Of a DNA stretch of 64,000 nt, positions 14,108 through 27,300 are shown one piece after another. Origin of the DNA: Camelus ferus (taxonomy: Eukaryota); contig NC_045697.1 in the NCBI RefSeq assembly GCF_009834535.1, forward strand, positions 52,454,001-52,518,000, read 5' to 3'. The position numbers and the translations under genes were made by a program. Positions within the stretch are counted from its first letter, which is position 1, and each line of letters begins with the position of its first letter. Below the pieces are notes generated by a model that searched no databases, was not told the origin of the DNA, and saw only the letters and a program-made list of their open reading frames with translations.

Positions 14108-14174
14108 TCCTTTTCATATTCTTTTTCATTATAGGCTATTACAAGACATTGAATATAGTTAACTGGCTACAAAG
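13979..14174 (-). mobile_element. 5'-truncated L1 3'UTR (artiodactyl/camelid type) containing (CA)21
   Basis: T-rich tail, then aattgaagtatagtcggtttacaatgtggtgttaatttctggtgtac; TSD cctgggcttga at 13968-13978 and 14175-14185. Confidence 0.85.
14061..14102. repeat. (CA)21 microsatellite
   Basis: Perfect dinucleotide run. Confidence 0.95.
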
Positions 14175-15122
14175 CCTGGGCTTGAGTGTACAAAGGATAA
14201 GAGGTTACCATGAAAGGTTTCTGACCAAAGGGAGTGCTATGTTTGGCATCTGTAACTTAGAAAGGTCCTTCTGGCAGTTGTGAAAGATGGCCTTCAAGGA
14301 GTAAGAATGAAGGCTGGGAAAATGGGAAATAATGAAATAGTTCCCACAAGAGGTAACGAGGATCTGGATCCTAAGTAGACTAGCAGCTGTAATGGAGAGT
14401 CAGGGAAAGGCAGGGATGAACAGGAAGGGAAAGAGAAGAAGGGCACTGAGGCCAGAGGACAAGGTGGGGTACAAGATGACAGGGGCTTCTGGCCTGCCAG
14501 GGGATGGGTGAGGGGCTACCGGAGTGGGGGACGCATTCAGAGGAGTAGAATTGGGATCTGAATTACCAGGACAACTCTACACCATAAACATTCAGTGTAC
14601 CACAGAAAGAAAAGCCATTATTTCTGAAGATTCTGCCAGTAATTTTCATCAAAGTAAAATTCTACTGCTTGCTGCCAAGAAGAAATTTCATTATTACCTT
14701 TGAAATTGATATCTACAGCTAGAATATTACATTTGCTTTTCCTCTAATCTCTCTCACTCACATGTGCACAGACATACTAATTCGAGTAGTTAGATCTCCA
14801 GTGGTCTCCAAGAATTAAATCCAGACATTGTTTGGTCTAATAAGAGTGGTTTACTGTATATTTGCCTGAAAGATCCTCCATCAGTTTCAAATTAATCTAG
14901 TCCACCTCCCGTCAAACCACGGCCCCAGTGGTTTTTCAGTAGACCTTGAACTGGTAACCCCAGTCCTCCCTGACTATGAGAAAAGCTCTCTCCCTCCATC
15001 TGGAAGAGTACCCAGGAGGAGAGTATTTTCTGCACACTGGCCTTGCATAGCTCACACTGCTCTATGCATTGCCCAGAAAGGCACACTCCAAAGTCAAAGC
15101 TATAATTTCTGTTATAACTGGA

Positions 15123-16032
15123 CGGTAGTCATTGGTGTTGTCTGCCAAATGTTTCTGAAATTCCACCCTTTGGGCACATGGTAGGATAACAGTTCTTTGG
15201 AGTTAGGTGTGGATATATGATTCACTTTGGCAAATGAAATGTAAGTGAAAGAATGTGTCATTGCTGGGCAGAAGTTATCAAGGCAACCTGTGAGTCACCA
15301 AAACTCTTCTTCATGGTACAATGACTGTGGAAGCATGAACCCAGATAAGGCTTCCACCAGCCTGGATCCTGCCTAACGGTGATGAGCACAGCTCCCTGCA
15401 CTTCCACATTAAACATGAAATAGTATGAGAAAGAAACCTCTGTGCTGTGAACTGAGATGTTTGGGGTTGTTAGGCAATTAAATAAGTGGAGGCACCAGGT
15501 AGATGAGGTGGAGGGGAGAGGGTGGTCCGGAAGATGGGGGCTTTACTTCCTCTAAAAGAGTGCCAGCAAGAAACCAGTTAGAACTGGATTGCCGTGAATG
15601 CGTGGCAGTGACAAGAACCCGAACAGACAAGACCCAGTGCTCATTGTAATGTAATTAGCATTGCAGTGTAGGCTCCCCCTTCATGGGCTTTTCTGTCTGC
15701 ATCACAGGTAAGGACATGTGCAAAGGGGGACGGGCATGACGAAGCACTCCAGGGGATAGAGCCGTCAATCAATCAAGAGACCGTCTCTAAGTGAGGGTAT
15801 AAGACAGGAGGGACCAAGAAAGACCAAGGCTGCCATTCTCTCTTGGATCAGCCCATCTCCTGCTCTTACAGGTGTGCTTTTGCTTTCCTAATGAAATCTT
15901 TAACTACACAATGCCTTTGTCTCCCGTCTGAATTCTTCTCTTTTGGGCAAGACAAGAACTGAGGCCTTCCTCTCTTGGAGTAACAGGGCTAGTTGTCACT
16001 GTAGCAAAACCCAGCCTATCTTGACTACTAGT
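15123..16032 (+). mobile_element. MaLR MLT1-type LTR, split by a nested LTR
   Basis: Typical MLT1 motifs (ggagttaggtgtggatatatgattcactttggc...aatgaaatgtaagtgaaag; 3' end ctgtagcaaaacccagcctatcttgact). Confidence 0.7.
15468..15985 (+). mobile_element. Solo LTR (ERV1-like) nested in the MLT1
   Basis: tgtta...taaca inverted termini, 4-bp TSD gggt/gggc, TATA-like gggtataagac at ~15795. Confidence 0.8.
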
Positions 16033-16127
16033 TGTCATGAAAGCAGCAAAGAAAGATGGTCAGGAAGACCAGCTCTTCTTACCCCCTCAGATCATCCTCA
16101 CTCTACTATGTTTCATCAGCGTTCTCT

Positions 16128-16389
16128 GGGGTGGGGGTGGGTGGGATAAACCAGGAGTTTGGAATTAACAGATACAAACTACTATATATAAAATCGATAA
16201 ACAGCAAAGTCCTACTATACAGCACAGGGAACTACATTCAACATCTTGTAATAAACTATAATGAAAAATAATGTGTGTATATATATACACACACACACAC
16301 ACATACACACACAAACTCTCTATGCTATACACCAGAAACTAACACAACATTGTAAATCAACTATCCTTCAATAACAAATAAATAAATAA
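16128..16389 (+). mobile_element. L1 3'UTR fragment with A-rich tail
   Basis: gggataaaccaggagtttggaattaacagatacaaactactatatataaaa...acagcacagggaactacattcaa...cttcaataacaaataaataaataa. Confidence 0.85.
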
Positions 16390-16575
16390 TGTCACACACA
16401 CATAGTAGACATCATTTCTTAGTGGTTCTTACTCAGTCTTCCCTTTCAAAGCTTTCAAGTATTATCACTGTGCTTTATTTAATGTTACATTTGAATCATT
16501 TGGTTCTGTTATTCATTCATTCACCATTTGTTGATTTACTACTATTTATAAGGCATTCTACTAGGCACAATGGAG

Positions 16576-16990
16576 CAGCAGTTGTCAAAGTTTTGGTTTC
16601 AGGCTACCTTTACACACTTAAAAATTAAGAGTGTTTTTCTGGTTTAGGAATTAAAACTAAAGTTTAAAAAATATTTATTAATTTAAAATAATATAATAAG
16701 CCAATTACTTGTTAGCATAAGTAATACATTTTATGAAAAATAACAATTTCCAAAACTAAAAATTGGCAAAAAAAGAATGGCATTGTTTCACATTTTTTAC
16801 AAACGTCTTGACTGTATGGATTAATGTAAAATACAGCTGGATTTTCATGTCTGCGCCTGTGTTCAACTTGCTGCATTATATTGTTTTGGCTGAATGATAC
16901 AAAGAATAATACAAAGACCTTCCAAACCCTCTGAAAGGATCCCAGGGCTATCCAGGGGTCCCCAGTCCCCACTCTGAGAATCAGTTCTGT
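16576..16990 (-). mobile_element. Charlie1-family non-autonomous hAT element
   Basis: cagcagttgtcaaagttttggtttcagg...tttacacacttaaaaatta...ggggtccccagtccccactctgagaatc matches the recalled Charlie1 ends. Confidence 0.7.
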
Positions 16991-16994
16991 ATTC

Positions 16995-17218
16995 CAAGGG
17001 TCAGAAAACTTTTTCTGTAAAAGGGCAATTAGTAAATATGTTAGGTTTTATGGGTCATACGATCTCTGTTGCAACTATTCAGTTCTACCATTGCAGCAGG
17101 AAAGCAACCACAGACAATACGCAAATTAATAAGCATGGCTGTGTTCCAATAAAATTCTGTTTATGAAACCAAGCAGTATGTCAGATTTGGACCATGGGTC
17201 GTGATCATCCATCTCTGT
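16995..17218 (+). mobile_element. MER58A-like hAT MITE
   Basis: caagggtcagaaaacttttttctgtaaaagggc...tctctgttgcaactattcagttctaccattg...catggctgtgttccaataaaa. Confidence 0.85.
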
Positions 17219-20200
17219 GATAGAGGACACCTACCTCAATTGGACACGGGTCCTGCCTTTAAAAAATGTATAGTTAGTAGAGTAAGACATGTACCCACAC
17301 ACTGCAACACAAAGCAGAATGAGATAAACGTCATGTGAGGAGACAGAAAAAGTGTGTTCAGAGTTCAAGGTCACTAGAGAGTATCTCAAGCTGGGAAGGC
17401 TTCAAGGAGAACCTTGGACCCTGAAGGATTGGCAGAATTTTGACAGAAAGTTTCAGGAGGAAGGAGAGTATTCCAAGTGGAGAGAACGTTCAGGGCAAAG
17501 GCACCAACAGAGAGAAGCACTCAGTAAATTCAAGTAATGGTAAGTTGCTGCTGAGATGTAGTGTAGATAAAGGGAGATACAGCAGCATGACATGCTGCGT
17601 ACAGGACACTGTGCAATGGGTCTTGACTGGCAGGCCCGGGGGTCTGGATGTGGTCTGGGACACACTAAGATGCCACTGACCATTTCCACATGAGGGGGTA
17701 ACGTATCTGCTGGGTCTGATATGACTAACTGGAAGGCAAAATGCAGGGTGCATTTGCATATGCCCAACTATAGGAAATGACCCCAGGGAACAGGCTATTA
17801 GATCAGACCAAGCAAGAGGAAATAAAGATGCGAACAAAAGCAATGACAGTATGACTAGAAAGGAGACTGAGGCAAGCAACCCATCAGAGGTGCCATTTAA
17901 CAAATTGATCCTTCACTGCGGCTGGAGGGGAAGAGAGAATGCATAACCGATGACTCTGAGGTTCCAAGTCTGAAAGAGAGGAGAAAGACAGTGAAAGCCT
18001 GAAAGGTCAGGAAAAGGGACAGACCTGCTGATGAGAAGAGTTCGACGGTGAACATATTCCACGTACACCATTCTGCCAAGCACCAGCCTGAATGCTCACA
18101 AATCCCAAGCTCTCCTTGTCGGGGGAGGAAAAACCTCTATTTTATAATTCCACAGATGGTCGAAGTTTTTCAAAATCTGTGCCTCTTAAGATCTCCTCCA
18201 AGTCCCTAGTACTCTGAAATACAACAGAATTTCTAAGTTTTTATTCCTTCTCCACCTTGATTCTTTCTATTAATAACTTTGAGAGTCAGCATGTATTCTA
18301 GCCCACTGTAAATCCCGTATTAAATATCAGTGAAACAACTAGTGGGCCCTCTTTCAGCAGCTCAGGATAAATAGTAACTAACACCCCCCCTTTTTTAAGA
18401 CTGCCTGTATTTGAAGAAGAATGTTATAATTTATTCTTGGATATGACATAAGTTTTCTGAATGTCTTATGTTAACTAAAAAGTCTGGAGGTTGATGTCAG
18501 GTTGCTGAAAGATTTCATTTCCTACAGTCTTTTGAAAAATTTTGAGTAAGAAAAGCTATGGTGAGAGAATTTTGAAAGTTACTTGGATTTCCTTTTTGCC
18601 TTTTAAAAGGCCCAAAATGTATATGAGAATACAATAAATGACCCAAATAATATTGCCAATCAAGAAGCCTTCATCTTGAACATAGGGATGGAAGGTGAAA
18701 TGCTTGGAATCAAGACGAAAATAAATGTTCTGTATTTGCCAGTTGTCTAAAGAGAGCTGGGGTGTCGTGGTTATTTCGCACTCCAAAGGTAGGTTTAAAT
18801 GGATCCCCAAAACTAAAGTGAGAATATGATAAAAAAGCAGAATTCTAAAGGAGTCTTGGCCCATGATAAATAATCTAAAAATCTCCTAGTGAAACATTAT
18901 CTTCACAGACGGCCACAGCAGGCATGAAAGGGGCAGAAACTGGAATTGTTGAGCTTCTGTAAATCCCGTCACTCTTTTCTATGACCGCTTTCCGATCATC
19001 TCCCTGGTCACCAGCTCAAAACCTGAGGCACCCTGGATGCCCTCCTCTTCCTCTCCTGACATTCAACCGGTGCCGAGTCCTGCAGAAGCCATCTCTGTAA
19101 CATCTTGCAATACCCTTCTCCTTTCCATTCCCACAGTCACAGTCCCAGATCCTCATTCTCTCCAACTGGTCTTCTACAGCCCATTCCTAACTCTCTCCCC
19201 TGCCTCCAGCCTTTCCCCCTTCTATCCCATTCGAAACCCCCAGCAGACTAATTTCCCTAATACACAATTCTGATCATGCTACCTCCATGCTAAAAAACTT
19301 TCAAAGACCTTCCACGAAACAGCTCAATGATTTCGCCACCTTAGCAGCCACATGTTCTGGTCCTAAGCCCTCTCTGCTAATGCAATGTGTCACCTGACTA
19401 CCTCCCACAAACTATTCTCTATTCTCAACAACCTGGTTGCTTACATACTTTTCTCTCAGCCTCGAGTCACCTTTCAATGTCTCGCCCTGCTTTTACCACC
19501 ATCTCCACGTATGTAGAGGGACAGCCCACCCTTTATGGCCCACTGAAAAGTCTACCTCCCCTAAGAAGAATTATTCTCCCAATTCTCTTTTTATGTCCCA
19601 CTATCCACGTTTCTAATAAGCATTTTCAGAGAGTATAACGTATGCTGCTATGTTACACACACTGCAGACGAGCAGGTCTGTCCTCACACTCTGCCGGTGG
19701 CACTTCCATTGATTGCCTCTCTTCCAATATTGTCAGCTGTGAATTTCCCTTGTCTCTTTCTCTCCAATTGGACGATGGAACTAGAAGCGTGAGAGCACTG
19801 GGAATATTTGTTGACTCTGAACCTGTTAAAGTGAACTCTCTGGGTTCATCACTTTCCTAAAGAAGTTTCAAAACTTTTTAACAAAACTCTACGGCCAGAG
19901 AAAATTGTAATTTTTATTTAGTCAGCAAACTGTCCAATAGTGGAAAGACTTTGAATTGATTAACTCCAGAAATGCCTAAAAAGAAATAAAATATTTGTTT
20001 TCCTAAAGCAGAAGAGTCCCACTTACATTCTTTAAATTATAACGAACATTAACTGTGTAACCTGGCTGGAAGATGAAACAAGAATCCACAGAATTGTACC
20101 ACTGTGGTTTCACTTCTTAAAAAAACAGTATTATCTAATATTAATACTTAGGATAGTAATAACATCAAACACTGGATACTCACCTACAAAACACTGAACT

Positions 20201-22860
20201 GGACCAGAAGGTCCCTGCCTGGTAGATGTACAAATTAGACAGAAAGACACAACACAACGTAAAGTGAAGGCAGATGCCTGAATGCGCAGAAGACGGCAGG
20301 GAAAATAAAAACCCTAAATCTCATATTCTTCTTTGAAGTTCAGACCTAAGAGTCTGAAGCAGCTGATTTCAACCACCAGTAACTGCAAAAGGACAAAAGT
20401 GTTTTCTAAGGACTCAGGACGTGGGCTGTTAGACGTCAAGCTGAATTCACTGGTAAGTGCTCCGAGTGTCTACCAAGATAGGGAACGCTCCTCCGCTCTA
20501 ATAATGGCAAAGCATTTAGGTGGGTATTAACTTGTCCTGAAAAGTAGAGGTAAAAGCTTTTCTTTTGTTCTCGGTGGCCCAGGCTGGTTTTAGATCTGCC
20601 GGGAGATCTGTAAGAGGAAATGATTTTTGGTTTTGTTCCAACTTCTAATTCAACACCTCGGCAGCATTTGAAATGGGTAAGAGCTGCGAGCTCACATCTG
20701 CCTCAGGTGACAACTAAGATAAGAAGCGCACAATGTAGAAATGATGGACGCTGACTCCCCCAAAAGCAACTTTAAATTTAGCTTTTTAAAGGTGCTTAGT
20801 TACTTCAAGTTAACACTAAGCCTGAAAATATCTCGCTAAGAATACTGAAAGATTAAAGTAATGGAACTTTGTTCACAAACCTGTCTTTTAGGTGATAATT
20901 TGGGCAGCATTTTTGAAAACAAATTCCATGTTAACTATCAGAATAAACTGATAACAAAATTCATCAGATTGTGATAAACAGAAATAAGCGGAAATAATTT
21001 TTGCAGGTCAACAATGATCACTTCTGGTTAAGAGTTACTGTGGCCAAGAGGGACCCTTATGAAAACTGGGATGTTGGTTGCTTCTAATGAAATGATGAAG
21101 TGTCAAGGTTTAATAAATATTTAGTGTACAACTCCCATGTTTCAAGTACCTACATCATCCTGGAAAAGGCATGAGATATGGTGAGATGCAAAAGCATGAG
21201 ATACGGCTCCAGACCTAAAGGAGCTTTTTTATATAGTCGAAACGAAAAAATACAAAAAATGAAACATCAGATGGCAACATAAAACAATATATAACAAATC
21301 CTCAACGGGAGGCACAGACAATAGGAACTATGGAATTTTAAGACCTGAAAAGATCTTTTGTGTTTATGAGGACTACTTCATAAAGGAGATGGGGCTTGCT
21401 TTGGGACCTATTGAATGGTTCTGGATAGACATAATTGAGAAGGTGTTCTTGGAAGGGCAGAGGAACAAAGTAAGGCACTGAGGTGGGGCTTCCCACAGTA
21501 TAAGCCAAAAGGAAAAGGACAAGCTGGTAAGACTAGAGGTTCCCACCAAGAAGAGATGAAAATAAGGCTGAATAGGTACGTAGAACCAGCAGGACGTAAT
21601 GCCATTTTGCACATCTTGGTTATTTTACGTGTGTATATTACATTTATTGAACTGATGTGGTAGGTAATAGGGACCCTGGGAGAGGTGACTGAGATAACAC
21701 ATCAAAAAAATTACACATTAGCAAGAGAATATATCATATAGATACACAACGAGAAGAATCCTCTCTCATGACTAAAATATGTTTTCTTAATAGGATTGGC
21801 CCAGGGTGTTGGGTTGACCTAGGTCGATTTCCATATGGTTGCCACATTTCCATAATATGAACAAACTGGACATTTTGGTCAATTTCCTTGATACTCTATC
21901 CACAACAGTATATCAATGTCTAGATGTCTGACATGGATAAATAAAACTTTAAAAGGATAAGAATAGCTACAATTTCTTCAGCAAGTCCTATAAGCACTTT
22001 GCTAGTAACAGAAAATGCTAGATTTATTGAGTGCTGAGATATGCTAATCACTTTACATATTTCTAATTTAATTCTCACAACAATCCTAAATTGGTAAGAT
22101 TAACCCAGTTTTACAGTCGAGAAACCCAAATTTATAGTAGAGAAGTAACTTTCCCAAAGTCAAGCAAGTGGTAGACACAAGATTCAAATCCAGTTAGGCC
22201 TGGCTCCAAACTCCAATGACTAAACTTTGTATCTGAATTTATTTTTTCCCCAAGAGGCATCACTGAGGGAAAAAAAGAAAAGTTTATTAGAAGAAATGCA
22301 CAATTCTTGCAGAGAAAATCATGTGAGTGCTAAAGGTTCATGGCGGGGTCAGCAGATCTTTCCAGCCATCTAACCATGTGAATTTGCTATACTGTACTTT
22401 CAATAAGACACTATCCTTCAAAGTTACAGATGTAACTAGTACATGATGAAGTCTTGCCCCAGACACTTATGACCTGTATGATTTGGTCAAGTTATTAAAC
22501 CTCTCTAAGCCCTATTTCTTCATCTGTAAAATGTGGATAACAATAACCACAACAGGATTGCTCAGAAAATTAAATGGTATCACATATAGGACTCAGCTGA
22601 GGGTTTGTACCCAAAAGTAATGAGTTAATATTTGCAACTCTTATGATTTTTCAAGACAAAATTATTATTCAAGCTTCTTAGACCTACTGTATAGCAGACA
22701 TAATCACAAAGTTAATAGTTCAATAAGAGGCACTTCCCCCCTCAACTCTCCTGCCACCAAACTTCTGCTTTTTCTTTAAGATTTAGCCCCCAAATCGTCT
22801 CCTCCAAAAGCCTCTTCTATCATCACAACTCTCAGGCCAAGCAGATGTTCCCATAATCTT

Positions 22861-22914
22861 GTGTGTGTATACGTGTGTGTGTGTGTGTGTGTGTCTGTGT
22901 GTGTGTGTGTGTGT
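22861..22914. repeat. Imperfect (GT)n microsatellite
   Basis: GT run with two interruptions. Confidence 0.9.
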
Positions 22915-24222
22915 ACTTTCAGTCATTTTACTTAGCATCTTTATACAATTGTTATCCATTGTGTCCTGTCTTCTTCATTAGACAGGAAACCCCACTGAGG
23001 GCAGGGACTCATTCATCTCTAAACAGCCAGTGCCTAATACAGTGTCTGGCATTCAGTAGTGGGCAGTACACATGTTTATCTCTCGAAGGGACGTGGAGAT
23101 TATTACTACAGCTACTAAAAAGATCAAATTTACTCCATCCAATAAAAGCTCTAGAACAATGAAGCACAACAAACACTATTTTAGGATGAATGAAAACTTC
23201 CCCCACTAAGTCATCTGAGAAAGACATCTTCCCAGTAAGTGAAATTTCTTTATGCTAAAATAGTAAAAAGCTTAATCAATAGTTCAGTTTTTAAGAATGG
23301 TAATAATAAACAGTTAAAAGTCCAATTATGTCACCATGAATGGGCTTCTTCACAACTAAAAGAAATTCATATCACATATAATCCAATTTGGAAATCTCAG
23401 GGGAAAGTTCATGTAGTTTTTGGTAACTGTTCTTTTCTCTTTTGGTTTTAGGTAAATAAATTTTGTCTATTTTTTTGTATAAATTTTCTTTCTCAAGCAC
23501 TTTTCAACAAACTGTTTATTGAGGTATGATTGACATAGAAAAAGCTGTACATTATTTAAGGCACACAACTTTAATGTGCACAAACTTATTAAGTCTGGGG
23601 ATAAGTATACATCTGTGAGACTACAATTGAAGCCATAAACTTACTCATAACCTCTGAAAGTTTGAAATCTTGTCTTTTTAACAAAACCATTTATTTATAA
23701 AGTAAACATTCTATCTATGCTACTTTCTCATTGTCGGTAGCACTTACTGCCCTTCCGGGTACCTTAATGGGTACTTGGGGGTTCTTCAGACCACTAACTT
23801 AGAAAGTTTTTCCTCTCACTCGGCATTTGAATGCTTTCAAACCACTTTCGGAGACCTCATCTTCAAGAGATCTCCCTCACAGTCCTCTGAAGTAAGAAGA
23901 TCCGGCATCGTCAGCCCTGCGAGGAAGCTGACCTTTTGGTGAGTGCTCCCTGGAAGGAGCACTACCAGGGCCACGCCCGACTTAGTCTCCAACTCCTCCC
24001 ACGGCCTTACAAGGCACTCAGCCTGCACCCAGGAGGACACACTGTACCTGTCCTCTTGACTAACAGAAGAAATGAATCCGTAACTGTGAATTCAGGAACC
24101 TGTGAGTCCTACCCTTCCAGGCATTCTTGAGGATGCCCTCCACTAAGTAACCAAGAGCCCAGTCTTCGTGCCCTCCCCCGCCCACCACCACCATCCTTGC
24201 CCCTTCCCGGTCATGGACTTAC

Positions 24223-24318
24223 TTAGCCATCCCACGCTGGGACTGCGCCGCACTCGGGGGTCATCGTCCAAGGTGCGGGTTGCTAGGCAGGGCACTGAGT
24301 TCTCAAGCGGGCTGCGGG
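24223..24318 (-). CDS. SLC4A4: Candidate alternative in-frame cassette exon of SLC4A4 (96 nt, 32 aa ARSPLENSVPCLATRTLDDDPRVRRSPSVGWL)
   Basis: Long pyrimidine tract with about 95 nt free of AG, then ctaaag|CC. Consensus donor CTAA|GTAAGT. Length is a multiple of 3 and it is stop-free in the phase-1 frame set by the upstream exon. CpG-rich relative to the intron. Confidence 0.7.
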
Positions 24319-27300
24319 CTTTAGTGTCAGAAGCAGAAGACAGGAGGAGGAGGAGGACACATGAGCAGCCACAGCAAGGATGAGGATGGAAGCATTAATT
24401 AAGAAGAAAAAAATACTAAAGCAAATCACACAAGCGGGTTAAAGGAGAACAATGACATATTACATTGACACACACCCCCTCCCATGACCCTGCATCCATA
24501 GGTGGAACAAATCCCAACACAGAACTGAAAAGCCTAAAATAAATTACCTTCAATCATCATAGTGCCCCAAGTACCTGTGGATAATCCACCCTGAAGTTCT
24601 AATACACAAAACGTGGATTGTAGCCAGATGAAAGATTTACATAATGAACACTAGTCTCAAGATGTAAGATCAAGATTGTTAATAATCTTGCGCCACATAA
24701 GCACACACAGAGGGAAGTCACACACACTTCTGTGAAGCACAGGGAGCATGGTGTTATATTAGAAAGGCCCTTTTTTATGATCTACCCAACAGACCCTTCT
24801 AAGCAGCTGATACACGACGCAGAAAGCAACATTTCATACTGTGACTTCTGAAACACTTTCCTTGACGAACACAGAACTGGTTTTCAACTTCCTTTGCCTC
24901 CTGTTTTTCAGCCCTTCAGAAACATGAAACTGGGATATAGGTAAATCAGTACCTTAAACCAACTTAGAAATGCATATTAGTCCTCATTTTCCAGTGCCCT
25001 TTAATACTTCTTTTAGTATAATTTTAATATGTGGTGCTTCCATGCCAAACCTTAGACCACATCAAAGACAGAATAATGAGGTAGGCTAAGTCTATAGCAT
25101 GGTTCCGCCAGGTATTTTTAATCAATGCAAGAGCACCACCAGCTTCGGCCTGAAGATAGCTCCATTTGGGTTTCCTGCCCTCTGTTTTGTTATTCTCATC
25201 AGACGTCCCACTCCAAGGCTAGTAAGAAGTTGGGAGCATAATTATCCTTCAAGGTACAACAATGAGGTTGGAAATAACTAACCACCAGACTACATACAAT
25301 TTGACATGAGGGAACTTTTCCCCCTTAATAATACTGTCATTAAATGATCAAAGCAACAAACAAAGCATACCAACCAAAAGAAAAGATTAGATACTCTATT
25401 CACACAAGTGTGCAAATGACAGGGCAGACAAGTGGTCCTCTTAAGGCTACTGGAGACTGGGGAGGGTCAGGTTCTAAACTGAATCATTTACAAATTAATG
25501 TAAGTTTATGGCCAAATTTGGGCATTCGGCATATTATAAAATCCAGAAACATTTTTGTCAATTTATCTGTCTGCATTTAAAAGCTGTAAATAAAGCCAGG
25601 ACTTGTGAGCGAGCCATCTGTGCCAGCACCTGTTTGAGGCAGATCTGATGTCTTTTCTTTGCAATCTGAATTTTTAATTGTTTCCCATAATTGAACTTAT
25701 TTGCAAGTTTTTATTGCACTAAGAAAAATGAAAAAGGGAAATGAACCAATTGAGATTATTCCAAAATTGCTATTGTTAAGAGGGAGGCATTTTGAAATCT
25801 GTATTATCATACTGGCCAACTTTCACCTCCTATTTCTTCTGACAACTGAGTGACTGGCTTAAAGAGCCAATATCCCTGCAGGCTTAGCTAAAGGAAATGG
25901 AAGAGGCTAGACAACCGGCTGCCATTTATCCAGGCTCAAGAAAGGACCAACTAAAATTCCAGAGCAGTGAGCACAGACAGAGGTTAGGAATGCGAAGTAA
26001 ACTCAAAAGAGCATGTGCATTCTTTAGCTTCTGATCAGTCCATAGCTACCCAAATTTTACCATACCATGGCTTGCTTCTCAAATGAGTACAGGAGGTCAG
26101 CAGCTGCTCCAAAACTCAGGTGCTGATGAGTTAACTTCCCCCAGATTCTCTCACCTCTGCTCCCCTCAACATGTCAGTGCATTATCTGCTGGGAACTAAA
26201 GCTGGGAACTCCTTTTTGCATAGACAGCCCTCACCATCAAGGGGACAGAGGCACAGAGTCTGGCACACACCGGCAAAGAACCTGGCTCCAAAGACAGGCA
26301 TGAAAATGAAACTGCCCATTGAGACTTGGCACCTGCGTTCTAGCAGAGCTGATTGGCGCCATCTGGCAGCTTACCCTCATGAAAACTGGGGAGGCTCACA
26401 GCATCCATTACTTATACTGGCAAATTCCAACACTGATTTGTTAGACCCTCTGTGTACTTCTGTGCAGGGAGAGATACAAACTCTGTAACCCTTTCATGTT
26501 GTTTTTCTTCTCTTCACAAATTTACTCCAAAGATAAAATTTTTAAAAGCTGCCCTTCAAGCTGAAGCCAAACTTTTTACGATTATAGCATAGTAATGATG
26601 TATAACATAAGCCTTTTCCAAATAATGCTTTCATTGTGCCTCTTCTTCACTTAAGCTGCAGAATAAACAATCTAGCTGTGCTACTAGCTTACAGATCCTC
26701 TTTAAAATCACTTTTGAATGACTTCAGGCATAAACAAGGTAGAAACTGGTTTATATTACTATGAATTGATGAGGAAAGATACAGCTCTAAAGAGTTCTGA
26801 GTGATGGTTTCCAATATCTAGACTGTAGACAAAGGTGTTGTGAGGAGGATTTTTTTGGTAATGATTCATCTTTCCTTTAAGAATCAACTTGTCCAAAACC
26901 TCTTCAGATAAGGTTGTCCCTACTTGAATCATGCAAACAAACCAAAAAACCTCCATCAAAAAAAAAAAAATTTAACAATTCTATTAAGAAGAAAATAAAT
27001 TTTACTCATGTTAACATTTTTGGACTCTTTCAGGATTGCAATGCTGCATGTTCAAGTGACTGTTCGGCACCTACTATATATTCCACACCATTATTCAGCC
27101 AAGAAATTTAACTAAGGAGTTAAGCGTTATTCCACTTGTAAACGTGAGACATTTGCCTAGAAATCTCCACTTGGAAAGCCAATAAAGACATTCGACTGCC
27201 ATGTTTCGTACAGATTCCCGCCTAGACACAGAATGACCCCAGAGCCCTTCATCATCACAGGGTTACACAGAGTAAGAGCCCTGGACTCACTGACGTGTGG

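Larger units (their letters stand above)
13533..14540 (-). mobile_element. L2 LINE remnant interrupted by an L1 3' end
   Basis: catttactgaacatccactaagtgtgcgacactgcact..., L2 3'-end reverse pattern followed by purine-rich L2 body; boundaries approximate. Confidence 0.55.

Noticed and set aside
23740..24065. Possible second cryptic exon downstream of the 96-nt candidate
   Set aside because: Scattered donor-like sites, but I found no coherent strong acceptor/donor pair that keeps the frame.
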